A stretch of 64,000 bases of DNA from Geosiphon pyriformis uo1 (GCA_016748015.1 JAAOMT010000697.1:628868-692867); one strand, 5' to 3'; numbered from the stretch's first letter, positions 51,735 to 64,000 are shown. Numbers and translations: made by a program. Notes: generated by a model from the sequence alone, not told the origin.

Positions 51735-54700
51735 TGTAATTAATTGATCTACTTATGATTATGTTGATCATAATTATAATTGGTATTATTAATTTATAAT
51801 CAATGTTGTTACTAGAAGTTTTTGGTCTCTTTTTTTGAATGTAGTTACTGTTTGTCTGTTGTTAATTTCACGTTTTCTGAAAGCAATTAAACCTCCAATA
51901 ACTGAATTTATCTTTAAATTATTTTTTATAATTTGAACTGCTGAGCTTATGAGTGGAATAGCCAATTCCATGCCAATTACTTTATGTAGTTATGTTGTGG
52001 TAAATGTCAATTCTTTTCCAGGAATTGCTCATTTAGAAGCTTACTAAAAAATGTGTAGTTACTTTGCTGTGAAAGTCAACTCTTCTACAGGAATTTTGTC
52101 TATAGGCTATCCTAATGATTATAATAAGAAAAGGAAAGAAAAATAAAAGAAATACAAAAGAAATAGAATTTTTATCAAGGGAAACGTTTTCTATTCAGAC
52201 CTGGAGTCACTAACAGTTTATTGAAATTGGTAGCTAATCAATTTCAAAACATTAGTTGTGTTGAGGGAATTTCAAGTGTAATAATTTTAAGGATTTGTTT
52301 TTCGAATATTTAATTTTTATTTGAATATATAAAAGGTGATTTGTTTTAATTAAGATATCTAAAGTAGGATGCTATAGTAAGATACTATAAGAAGATATAT
52401 TTTTTTGAAGAGAGAAGCTCTTTTTTTATACAACTTGTTATAGTACTAGTCTTTGAACTTGTACTTTTTTCTTTGCTATAATTTGGGTAAACTAAAAATA
52501 CATTTCAGCAAACTACAAATTATTTCACTGAACTATTGATTATTTCAGCCAATTTTCATTAATTTCGGCGAATTTTGACTATGTTAAATGGTTCAAAGTA
52601 TTGTGTAATTTGATTATCTTAATTTCTATGGTACAAATCAGATTATTGATTGAGTAATGATATTTGATAATTGATTAAATAATAAGTAATATTCAAAATA
52701 ATAATAATAATATGCTAATTAATAATAGGAATTATGAGGGTAATTTCATGCTAATTAATAGTTAAAATTCTACTGGTAACATAATCTCCTCCTCAAGACT
52801 GAACTCCATCAAAATCCAAGCACTATCTGTAATATCAAGGTAATAGTCCAATATAATTGAAGTAATTTGGTCTGAAAATTGTTGAAATTTTAGTTCTGTG
52901 AGCTTTCCAATGTATTGAATCTTCATTGAATAGAGTATTAGATTTTGTAAGACGTTTTCACAAGTATTGAATAGATCATAGAGTCTAAATACTGCTCTAA
53001 GTTTGTAGCAAGTGTTTGTTGGTTCGGCTGCTGTCTTGAATTTATTGTGAATTTGTCTTTGTATAGCCTTAGGAGTAATGTTGATTGTTTCAAGTTCCAG
53101 TTTTCGTTTATAAAGTGTTTTTCTAATATGAAAATATCTATATATAAGAATATGTTCATTGTTCTGTTTATTAAGAAATAGTAGAAGTTTTTGTTGAATT
53201 GTGGTATTTGGTGGAATGTCCATAAGAGCAATTAAAAGGTTTTCTTTTAGTGCTTGCTTCAAAAGTTCTGGTAATCTATTTTCAGAGTGATCTCTTGTTT
53301 TTCTTCTATAAGAGTGATAGTTCTAAGAATTATTTACTACTGGGACTGTGGTTTCTTTCTGAATATAATTAATTTGACTTCTATTAATTATTATGGATAG
53401 ATCAGAAAGTGTTTTTAAGACTAACATTAATTTTTGGAATATTTGTTGAATATTTTAAAGAATAATCATGATAAAAAAATTGACTAATAATAATAAAAAA
53501 AAGAATAAAAAAATTTATTTTTGGGTATAGGATTTTTATTTGTTTTTGGGTTTGAGTGTTTTTTGTAATTATTTACTATTTTTGTTTTTATGTTTTGTGT
53601 CTTTAGAAGAGATTATTATAAAAATGTTAAATTAAGTATTCAAGTTTAATTGTTGTTCTATTATAACTATTGGTTCTAAATTTCAGGAAATATCTTCAGG
53701 TTTAATTAAAGGAGAATATATACCAATTTGTGAAATTAATGGTTCAGGATTGTTTCTGAAATAGTAGTGTTTCAATCTATCTCCATGTGCAACTTTTGCT
53801 AGTACTTTGTCATCAAGTCTTAACTTGTATAATTCATTGTCTAAAATTTTGTGAATATAAAATAGTCCATCTCATTTATGTTCAAATTTTCTATTTCATT
53901 GTTTTTCAGCCTTAGTTCTGTGTAAGAAAACTTTATTTCCAACTTTAAATTTGTTGGTAATTGGTGGCAGTTTGTTGTCATGTCTTTCTTTTTGTAGGGC
54001 TTGGAAGCGTTTAATATAAGTGGCTGCTATGTGTCTCTTTACTTCCAATGTACTAAGAAGAGTATAGGCTCTTTTTTGGAGTGTTTTTTGGAAGTTTTTT
54101 TCATTAATTGGTTGCACTGAATGTTTTTCACTGTGAAATTAATTGGTAATATTGCTGTTCTTCTATAAGTAAGATCAAATGATGTGTGTTTTATAGTATC
54201 TTGTTTTAGTGTTTTGTATACTAGTAACACTGATGGAATAAAGATATTCCATTCTTGCTCAAAATCTGTTGAGACTTTGGCTAAAGATTCACACAATGTT
54301 CTGTTAAAATGTTCTATAAATCTATTTGTGTAGGGGTGATAAGGTAATGATAAAAATCTTTTGATATTAAATCGTTCACAAATTTTTTGTATCAAATTGT
54401 TCACAAAATGTGTTCCTTGGTCAGATAAGAGTTCAATTGGGCATCCATGTTTATAAATAATGTCTTCATAGATGAAATTTGCTATTGATTTTGCATTTGT
54501 TCTTTGGATGACTCTAGCTTCAAGCCATTTGGTAAGATAATCTACTGCAACTACAATATAACAATTTTCTTGGATTGTAATAGGTAATGGTCTGACTAAA
54601 TCAATTTCAACTCTGTTAAAAAATTGTCCAACTTTGATTGGATTTAAAGGTTTTGTGAGGTGAGTTCCTTCTTTTTTTTGATAACTATTACAAGATTCTA

Positions 54701-55185
54701 CATATTGTCAAATGTTTTTTTGCATATGAGGCCAAAAATAATGTTCAAGAGTTTTTTGAATTGTTCTATTTCTTCCCAAGTATGCTGAAAAAAAATCTGT
54801 GTATATGTTGTATAGAATTGGTTTTTTTATTCTCTTGTATTAATCTGAATAGTTGGTTTGAGTTTCTGTGATTTTTATAATAGATTTTGTTGTGATGTAT
54901 GAAATATTGTTTGGATTGGTGTTGTAATCAATGTTTTTCACTTGAAAACCAATTTTTTGATATAATAAAAGTTTCCAAATAGTTTTTAAGATTGTTGTAA
55001 TTTCTGGAATCCATTGTTGTTTTGTTGTTTTGTTGGTAGTAGTAAGTTGTAGTGAATTTGTTGGTGATATTAATCTTGTCTTATTCTTGAGAGACTATTC
55101 ACATTAGTGTGTAGTTTTCTTGGTTTGTGGTATACAATATATTTGTAGTCTGTTAGGAAGTTATTCCATTAAAACTGTTTGGCAC
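51735..55185 (-). mobile_element. Decayed Gypsy 3' half: RNase H end, separate integrase ORF, ORF3, PPT and 3' LTR (52781 to about 51735)
   Basis: RNase H ends ...LSRIRQD* (55070-55072). Integrase ATG at 55014, with LLSDQGTHF, YHPYTN..IEHFNRTL and a GPF-type C-terminus. PPT GAGGAGGAGATTA then TGTTACC at 52781. Putative LTR end ...AATTACA at 51735. Confidence 0.88.
52762..53469 (-). pseudogene. ORF3 of the Gypsy element (env position, not env-like)
   Basis: ATG at 53469 is in frame with ORF 53262-52762 across two transition-type stops. The frame reads through the PPT into the LTR. No TM segment. Confidence 0.7.
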
Positions 55186-55841
55186 TATTACTCATAGAAT
55201 ATAGGAAGTATATTAGCATATAAATTAGCCAATCAGAAGTAGCCATAGTAAATGTGGAATTTCAGGATTCCTCTTAAGAGAAATCGCAGAATTCTAAGAA
55301 TTTCAGGATTTTCATACAAGAAATCACAGGATTCCAGAATTTCAGAATTCTTCTTAAAAAGAATTACAGGATTCCAGGAATTCCAGGATTCCTGGTGTAA
55401 AAAATTGAGAAATTAAGGAATCTCAATTATGTATATATAACAGTAGTGCTAGAAGTAGAAAGAACAGAATCTTTTAGTTAAAGACTTTTCAGTTTAGATC
55501 TGATCTAAGCAACCTTCTATTTCCAAATATCAATAAATAATTATTCATTATCTCAATTCACTTTCCACTATCAATACTTTATGTTAATAGTAATTGATAC
55601 TTAACCACACTGGAACAATAACTCTTGATCATAACTATTAATAGAATACTAACTTGTATGCTTTTGTTTATTTCTTTATCTTTTTTTATTTTCTTTATTT
55701 CTTTTGTATTTCTTGTTGGTTGACTAATTGATTAAGGATTAAAGTGCTGAGTTATAGATGTCATAGGAACTGGTAAAAGACCCATGAAACAAGGGTAGAA
55801 CACTCATAGATTTGAAAATAGCTTATCAGGAGGATTATCAG
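55186..55841 (+). mobile_element. Partial LTR (about 655 bp) interrupted by a same-family element
   Basis: Starts TATTACTCATAG and is colinear with 55842-56503; stops where the second LTR begins. Confidence 0.85.
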
Positions 55842-56714
55842 TATTACTCATAAAATATAGGAAATATAGTATTATTAGTCAGTAGATATTAGCCAATTAG
55901 ATGTAGATATAGTAAATGTGGAATTCCAAGATTCCTCTCAGAGGAATTGCAGGATTCCAGGAATTTCAGAATTCTTTAACAAGGAATTGCAGGATTCTAG
56001 AATTCCAGGATTTCTCTCATCAAAAATCGCAGGATTCCAAAAATTCCAGGATTCCTGTCACAAGGAATTAAGGAATTGAGGAATCTCAAATATGTATATA
56101 TAGCAGTAGCATTAAAAGCAGAAAAGACAGAATTGACATCAAGAATTCTTAGCTTAGTTACCATAATCTTCAAATAAATAATTATTCACCATATTAAACT
56201 TATTTTTCACTATCAACACTTCATGTTGATAGTAATTGATACTTAACCACACTGGAACAATAGCTCTTGATTATGGCTATTGACAAAATACTAACTTGCA
56301 AATCACCTTGGCTTATTTTTTATTTTTTTTTTTATCTTTTTTTATATTTTTTTACTTCTTTATTTTCTGTAATTTTGTTATTGTGCACTAACCAATTGAT
56401 TAAAAGTGCTGATTACTAATGTCAAGGATTGCTTGGTAAAAGACCCCTGCAAGTGGGTAGAACACATACAGAAAATATGGATTACTTACCAGAGGATTGC
56501 TGGCCACCAAGCCGAAAAAAAAATTGACAGACTTGCGAGTCTGAGAAGTTATAGATAAAACAACTATTGAATCTCTGTCTATTATACAAAGAACTCATTT
56601 GGAAAACCTTCAGATACCAACCATTTAAAGATATTATCAACAACACAAGTAGTTTTGAGCACTAAGTTACGGGTTTGATATTTGACCTGAGACCCCAAAT
56701 AATTACTTGTAACA

Positions 56715-56733
56715 TTTGGTGCTTTCTGTGAGG
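56715..56733 (+). promoter_or_regulatory. Primer-binding site of the Gypsy element
   Basis: TTTGGTGCTTTCTGTGAGG directly after the LTR end; complementary to a tRNA 3' end ...CCTCACAGAAAGCACCA. Confidence 0.8.
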
Positions 56734-59700
56734 TATAATCCTATAGAGAACCAGCACCAACAAACACCATCCAAAAATGGCAGAATCAAAAAATATAGGA
56801 GCAAACTATTTAGGATTTACAAAATCCTTATTTCAATACTATTGTCAACATTTGGGATTAAACCCCAATCATATATCTGCCAAATCAGCCTTTAATTTCT
56901 ATGTTAATAAAAAGATTTTCTTTTTGTTAGGAACACTAGTAAATACAGAATCAGCAAGGGAAACTTTCTACAGAAAATTAATTCAAAACACCAACCTACT
57001 AACAAATCATAATTTTGCATCTATTATTACTGAGATTAACAAAGAAATTAAACATCACACCCAACAAAGATATCTAATTACATATGCTAGCAAAGGCAAA
57101 GGAAAACTACAAACACCAGCAGTAACTCCCAGAAAAATACAACTAGCTACTTGAAAGAAGACAAGGGTTGAATTACCAACCAATCCATCTTATCACTATA
57201 CACCCAGAAGCATCATCAACATTTTATCAACAGGCACGTCCACATCAAATGCGACATCAGCATTTGGACAATTCCCATTCTAAAGTAACCAAAGAAAAAC
57301 AGAATTATTAAGACCATACAGTGAATACTTCGAAGGATTTAAATCACGATTACCAACGCTCTTAGGAATTTGATCACTGCTGTCTCAACCAGACTTTGAA
57401 ACCACTACCCCATGAGAACTATCTGAAGAAAAAGAGGAAGAAGAATCGGAAGATTAAGAATTTATTTACCAGAACCTGATTATGGAAAGCCTGGAAATAG
57501 AAACACCAAATTTTCAAACTCAGCAAAATCTAAATCTAGAAAATTCAGAAATTGAAACTTCGAATATTCAACTACTGCCAAATCAGAACAATCAGAACTC
57601 CAATCTAATTAATCAACTGGACTTATCTCCCATTATTGTCATTAATCTACCACCAGTTGAACCGATTGGCCAGCCACTACAACAACCACACCAGCAGATT
57701 CAACAACCACTAGTACCACTTCAACAACCACTTCAACCCAACTTAGATCCAATGGCATACGCACCAATAGCCAAACTTGAGAAATTCACTGGTGAAGAGG
57801 ACGATGCTTAAGCCTGGATCAATGACATCACCAAAGCAATCACCACCAATAACTAGAATGATACTAGAACCATGCAAGTCATTCTCTATTTTCTTAAAGA
57901 CACGGCAGACTCTTGGTATCACAGTTTAGCCCAGAAACCTCAAAACTTTAATGCCTTCAAATTAAAATTTTTGAGGTATTTTAGTAATAACAACAGCATC
58001 AACTGCTTGGCAAGTACTTTCACTACTATCAAACAAAAAGACACAAAAGCAGTCACCACTTACTTGAGATGCTTCCATAGAAATCTGTGCCAAATTCAGG
58101 CAATCCAAGCTGACTACTTTATAGCACCACAGATCTTGAACCAATTCATCCAAGGATTATGCAGTAGCATTTTTTAGTAAGTATGTCCAATACATCCAGT
58201 TGATCTCCCAACCGCTATGACTCATGCCAGAGATTTTGAAGCTGCCAAGTTAGAAGCTAGCCACGCCCAAGCTGTGAATTTAGTAATGAACAGATCATCT
58301 AACCTGGATTTCAAGCTAAAACAATTCAGTGACAACATCAATCAGAAATTAGAGAGCTACTTAGTTGACAATTGTGTAATTTATCAGCCACTCCAATGAT
58401 GTAATGATTTAGGAAATGCAAATTGTTTTCAGAATCAATCATGTTTAAGATCATCCATTAATCAGTCACGACAGCCAGAAATGTGTGTCTGCTACAACTG
58501 TGATAAACAAAGGCATATTAGAACAAACTGCCATACTTATAGCAACACACGATTGGAAAATCATTATCGAAACCCCGATTGCTGGTTTCAGACTTCAAAT
58601 TACCAATCCAATCAAGAGCAATATCAAAACACTTACCTGTCTATGACGCAGCAACCAATTTATCAGCCAACAATATATCAACTACCAATTTATTAGCTGC
58701 AGCCACCAAAAATTTATTAATCACAGCCACAAGTTATTTATTAGCCACAGCCTCCAGTAATCTATCAACCCCAACAAGTTCAAACGCCGCACCAAAACTT
58801 AGCTACAATGACGTCAGAAAACCTGAGATCCAGAATCACTCAAAACTGGAGATCAGCAATGGTTGTTTATCAACCAATCCCTAGTTCATCAGACCAGTGA
58901 TCAGAATTTCATCAGCAGAATTCGGGTATTGGTTCTACCCAAAACCCGAATTCCCAGAACTATTTAAGTCTCCTGGTTATCCTAGAAGACATCACCTTTA
59001 ACAACCCAGAACTCGATCAACAACCAACAATACTTACCAACAACATCTCACCAGCAATTGTTACCAATAACGAGTTGTTAACAGCCATCTTTCTGTTTGA
59101 ATTCGAAAAAGTTATGTGAGTTCCCTTATTTAGTGAAACAGCTCTAGAAGAAAAACTTATTACTGCCATGTACACCAATGTGAAAGTTAATGGCCACTTT
59201 ATTAAGTTAATTCTTAACAGTGGTTCAGCAAACAGCATTATCACATGACAACTCATGAATCAATTAGGTCGCTGAGTTGATTGAGCTGTCAATGCTAGAA
59301 TCATTACTGTCGATGGCGCCACAAAAACACCTATTGGTAAAATTGATGACTTCCTGATTGAAGTTAATGACATCATTACTCCCATCAAAGTTTTGGTGAT
59401 GGAAGCAACCCAATACCAAGCACTAATGGGCAATAATTGGTTGTCTAAAAACAATGCCATCCTCGACTGAACCACACAAGAGCTTCAGTTCAGCCAAAAT
59501 GGCCAACACACATGAGTACCAGCAATGTGTGGCCATTTCAAATCTAACCATGTCACAACATCAGCACCACTTATCGACCTCAAAAAGAAAAAACTAAAGC
59601 CTACTTGGGAGGTGTATTAAGCATTGTGAGCTGATGTCGACCACAACAAACTGCCACCAATACTTGCCTGGGATGACAATAACAATAGAAAAGAGGAACA

Positions 59701-60889
59701 AAGAAAGAATTTATCTGTGGAACCACTATCAATGCTTGAACTGATAACAAAGACCACTATAAGCTACCACTAATACTATCATGGGATAACAACCCAAAGG
59801 GAAAGCAAAAAGAGGAACTTATCTGGGAAATGAACGACCTGACCTGGACCAACAATGATGAAAGGGAACTGATACCAAGCTGGGAATAGAAAAAAAGCAA
59901 CCAAGAGAAAGGAAAAGTGAAAGAAAAAGAGCCACTGCCAACAAACCCATATACTTCCTATCAAATCACAACACCACAACAATTTACCTATCGCCAATCC
60001 AAACTAGTGTGTATTAATTGTGACAAGAAATTGTCATCAATGGGCACATGCTATGGCAATAACAAAGAATATCAGACAGCAACCAAGTTCTATTGCCATA
60101 CATGCCTTATTAAATGCTTTGGAAGACCAAAGCGAGTGGAAAAATGAGATAATACATCATGTTTAGCCTGTGGCAAAACTCTTCTCGACAAAGGAATGTG
60201 GAATGACATTTCTGGGAAAGGAGGAACATGCAATGTTTCCTGCCAATACACAATTCTCATCAGTGACTGGGTCAAGAAAGGGACACCAATAGAAGCCACC
60301 TGGAGAAAAGCTGTATAGTGATTGGACAGTTGTCCACACAACAATGATAAATTATGGTAAATGGCAATCACCAAAATTGAAGGTGCATCACCAGAAGAAA
60401 TCAGGACAATTAAAAACAACCCACCAAAACCCATTGAGCTTGACTGGAACGCAAAGCCAGTCATAAATTTCCTGAAACCAGAAAAGTTCCATAAACACTA
60501 CCAAAACTTGGCACTCACTAGAACAATGACTAGCACAGTTAAATACAAGACTGTGTCACTATTGTTTAATTCCCAGTGACTTTGAATATTGTGATGATTG
60601 TGACCTTATTTACAATCCACCACCACGCATGATCTACACAATCCCCAAAGAGAAAGAACCAATTAGCAGCTGTGCATCGAAGTCAAAATCACTGTTCAAT
60701 CCCAATTCAAACTCCAACAATGACAACAATGAAAATAATAGTTCCAGCTCCATTCAAAATGACAATAACAATAACAACAATATCAACTCAGATTCAAACT
60801 CCAACTCAAACTATGAACAATATATCATGCTTCCTGACCTCACCAAAGAACAAAAACTGAAATAGTTCAGTAATAATAATGAAGGTATT

Positions 60890-61290
60890 ATGCCAGAACG
60901 CGCACATGATACTGATGCCGGATTTGACTTGAGGTATCCAGGAAAAGATGCCATCAAATTAGAACCACATTCGTGCACTTGCATTGATCTGAAAATAATA
61001 CTGGAAATCCCAGCAACAACAATGGTTCAACTAGCATTTCAGAGTAGTTTAGCAAAAAGAGGGATTAATATAAGAGGAGGAATAATTGACACAGAATACA
61101 TAAGAAATATTATTGCCATGCTACAAAATGACTCAGAAAAAGCCTATATTATAGAGCCAAATGTAAAGATAGCACAGACAATATTCTTACCATTGGTTAA
61201 AATAGCTCAGTTAGTACCAGTGAGAAATAGGGAAGAGTTAGGAATAACAGCAAGAGGGATACAGGGATTTGGGTCAATGGGTAGAATAGA
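60890..61290 (+). pseudogene. Trimeric dUTPase domain within the Gypsy polyprotein
   Basis: All five motifs are present: AGFDL, (Q)SSLA, GGIIDTEY, KIAQ and RGIQGFGSMG. Confidence 0.92.
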
Positions 61291-64000
61291 TGTACTAGTT
61301 AATATGATGGAGAAAAAAATTGTTGGCCAAGGAAAAATTATCTCAACCAGTCAAGTAATTTTCATTCCACTATATGACCAATATCTGGTAACAATAGAAA
61401 GGAAAGTAAAGGACCAAGCACAAATTTTTGAAGCAGAAGCAAGTCTTTGTGAATCAGAAGAAATTGGACTCATCAATCTCCACATACCAGCCAAGAACTA
61501 TAGCCACATCAAAATTTCTGTCTACAACAACACCAGAAATGTTGTCAATATACCAGAAGGAACCACAATTGGATATTTGACCACAGAAATAGAGGATCAA
61601 CCACCAAGTACCATTCCAGACTTTTCACAACTTTGTGGATATGTTGATATCACATCACAAACAATATACAGATAAAATGAATGTTACTTGCTCCAACCAG
61701 AACAGTTGAGACAAATGAACATAGAAAACTTAGATCCACTCTAACATATGCAACTTAAAATGTTGCTCAACAATTTCAACAACATCTTTGCCAGTGAAAA
61801 TGAGTTTGGCCGAACTGACATCATCCAGCATCAGATCAAGACTGGAGATGCAATGCCAATTAAACAAAGAGCATACAGAGTGCCACCAGCCAGCCATGAG
61901 ATCATTCATCAAGAGATAAACCAAATGCTTAACAATGGGCTAATTCAATCATCAATGAGCCCATGGTTGTCACCAGTGGTACTTGTCCATAAAAAGAATG
62001 AAAAAATCTGATTTTGTGTGAACTACAGAAAACTCAATGGTATAACTAGTGGAGACAACTATCCAACTCCACGAATACAGAAATTATTCAACACTTTCAG
62101 TAGGAACAAATGGTTATCAACATTAGACTTGGACAGTGGTTACTGACAAGTAGCCATGAATTCAGCCAACAAAGAGAAGATGGCATTCACTACTAGAGAA
62201 GGGAATTTCGAATTTGAAGTGATGCCATTTGGCTTAACCAATGCTCCAGCTACCTTTCAACGGCTAATAGAAATTGTTTATACTGACTTATTATGGAAAT
62301 CAGTAGTTGTATACTTGGACAACACCAATGTATTTTCAAAAACATTTGATGATCTTCATCATCTTCAACAAGTGTTTGAAAAACTAAGAAGAGCAGAACT
62401 AAAGTTAAATGCAACAAAGTGTTTTTTTGGCAAGACAAAACTAAAATTCTTGGAACACATAGTCAGCAAAGACAGCATCAAAACAGATCCAGAGAAAATA
62501 GAGATAGTAAAGAACTCTCCAGTGCTGACCAATATGACAGAACTGAAATCATTCTTGGGATTTGCCAGCTATTATCGGCATTTTATCAAGAACTTTTCCA
62601 AGATAATACAGCCATTCAACCAACTGCAAACCAAGAATACAAAATATGAATGGACAGAAAGTCAACAAAAAGCTTTTGATATTCTGAAAAGAAAGCTTAT
62701 TCAAGCTCCAGTACTGATCTATTCAGATCACAACAAACCATTCATTATTACCACCAATGCATCTGGCCAAGCATTGGGAGCAGTATTATCTCAGAGAGAA
62801 CCAAACAACAGAGAACATCCAGTAGCATATGCCAGCAGAGGTTTAACACTAGCTGAAAAAAACTATGGAACACCAGAACAAAAACACTTAGTGATATACT
62901 GAGCAGTCATAAAATGGAAAGAATACTTGAGCCAGAAGTTTGAAGTATACACAGATCACAAAGAATTAACATCACTTCAAAAACAAGAATTTGGAGATGG
63001 AAGACAGTCAAGATGGAAAATGGCACTCACACCATATAATTATACTATACATTATAAAAAGGGAAAAGACAACAGAAATGCTGATGGTTTGTTGCGAATG
63101 AGACAAATCTAAGAACATTTTAACCCAAAATATAACAAAACCAGAACAATACCAACAAAAAATATAACAAAAGATGAATATACAAAAATATCAACAACTG
63201 CAACATTATATAAACACTCAACAGTTTAAGGAGAATTTATCTCAAATGGAACAAAAGAGTATCAAACAACAATCAAAATATTTTATCACTCACCAAAATA
63301 TACTGTATCAGAAAAATAGAAAAGATTTAGAGCAACCAACCAAAGTAATTACAGAGTCAGAAAAAGAGACAATATTATTCAACATGCACTCAAATCCAAC
63401 AGCAGGACACTTTCACAAAGAAACAACCATAGAAAGAACCAGAAAAAGATACTATTGGCCATTAATATATCCAGACATCATCCAATATGTTCAAAATTGT
63501 GATGCTTGTCAGCAAAAAAGAGGTACAAAATCCAGTGAACCATTAAGACCAATCAAAGTGGGACAACCATTCGACCATGTTGGAATTGATTTAGTCAGAT
63601 TATTAACAATCACCAGTGGAGGAAACAAGTACATAGCAGTAGCCATGGACTATCTCACTAAATAGTCAGAGACAAAAGCAATTCAAAGAGCGGATGCAGA
63701 ATCTGTTGCCCAATTTGTTCATCAAGATTTAATTTGTCGACATGGATGTCCAAAAAAATTATTATCAGACCAAAAAACTTATTTTGTGAACAGAACATTA
63801 ACAGAATTGAGCCAAAAATTCGGAATTAAGAGACCACTATCATCACCATACCATCCACAAACCAATGAATTAGTCGAAAGATTCAACAGAACATTGTGTG
63901 AAGCAATAGCTAAACTCAGCCAAGAAAACCAGAACGATTGGGATTTGTTAATATCATCAGTACTATTTGCTTATCAGACAATGAAGCAAGATACTACACA

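Larger units (their letters stand above)
55842..64000 (+). mobile_element. Near full-length mutated Ty3/Gypsy element: 5' LTR 55842-56714, PBS, gag-PR-Cys domain-dUTPase-RT-RNase H, separate integrase; runs off the window
   Basis: LTR end TGTAACA plus PBS TTTGGTGCTTTCTGTGAGG. Gag from 56777 (AKLEKFTGEEDDA; CCHC CYNCDKQRHIRTNC). Protease IL(N)SGSA near 59210. dUTPase at 60890+. RT MPFGLTNAPATFQR/YLD(N). RNase H TNASGQALGAVL/TDHK. Integrase HSNPTAGH..CDAC from 63174. Many in-frame stops. Confidence 0.97.

Noticed and set aside
56777-63112. Alternative genetic code or programmed readthrough explaining the many in-frame stops
   Set aside because: TGA, TAG and TAA all occur where Trp, Arg or Gln are expected, alongside inactivating missense transitions (YLDD>YLDN, protease D>N). 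This is mutational decay.

Overview
Eukaryotic, intron-rich fungal DNA. Short GT-AG introns, a Sel1-repeat/TKL kinase and the TE families point to Glomeromycota, possibly Geosiphon-like (inference). Gene islands lie at about 1-7 kb, 19-29.5 kb, 31-34 kb and 36-46 kb. They encode a carotenoid cleavage oxygenase, a KICSTOR subunit (C12orf66/KICS2) homologue, an Ariadne RBR ligase, IDH1, a Tim21/Coa1-like protein, a MAT2B/RmlD-like protein, a secreted PI-PLC-X protein, CDK8, an NDUFA4-like protein, LST8, ATP7, a sugar porter and the Sel1-kinase. Between them are stacks of nested Ty3/Gypsy LTR elements and LINE relics (7.2-18.3 kb and 46-64 kb), plus collapsed Gypsy contigs sitting in N-gaps. Main observations: (1) a Gypsy lineage whose integrase is a separate ORF with its own ATG after a conserved RNase H stop, seen in up to three divergent copies, which also carries a Cys-rich domain, a dUTPase and a non-env third ORF; (2) a graded, two-strand C>T/G>A hypermutation of repeats that seems to spare CpA, unlike Neurospora RIP; (3) a fungal KICSTOR subunit; (4) an intronless decayed ORF that may be a totivirus-capsid-like endogenous viral element. 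All family calls come from motif recognition by eye; no searches were run.
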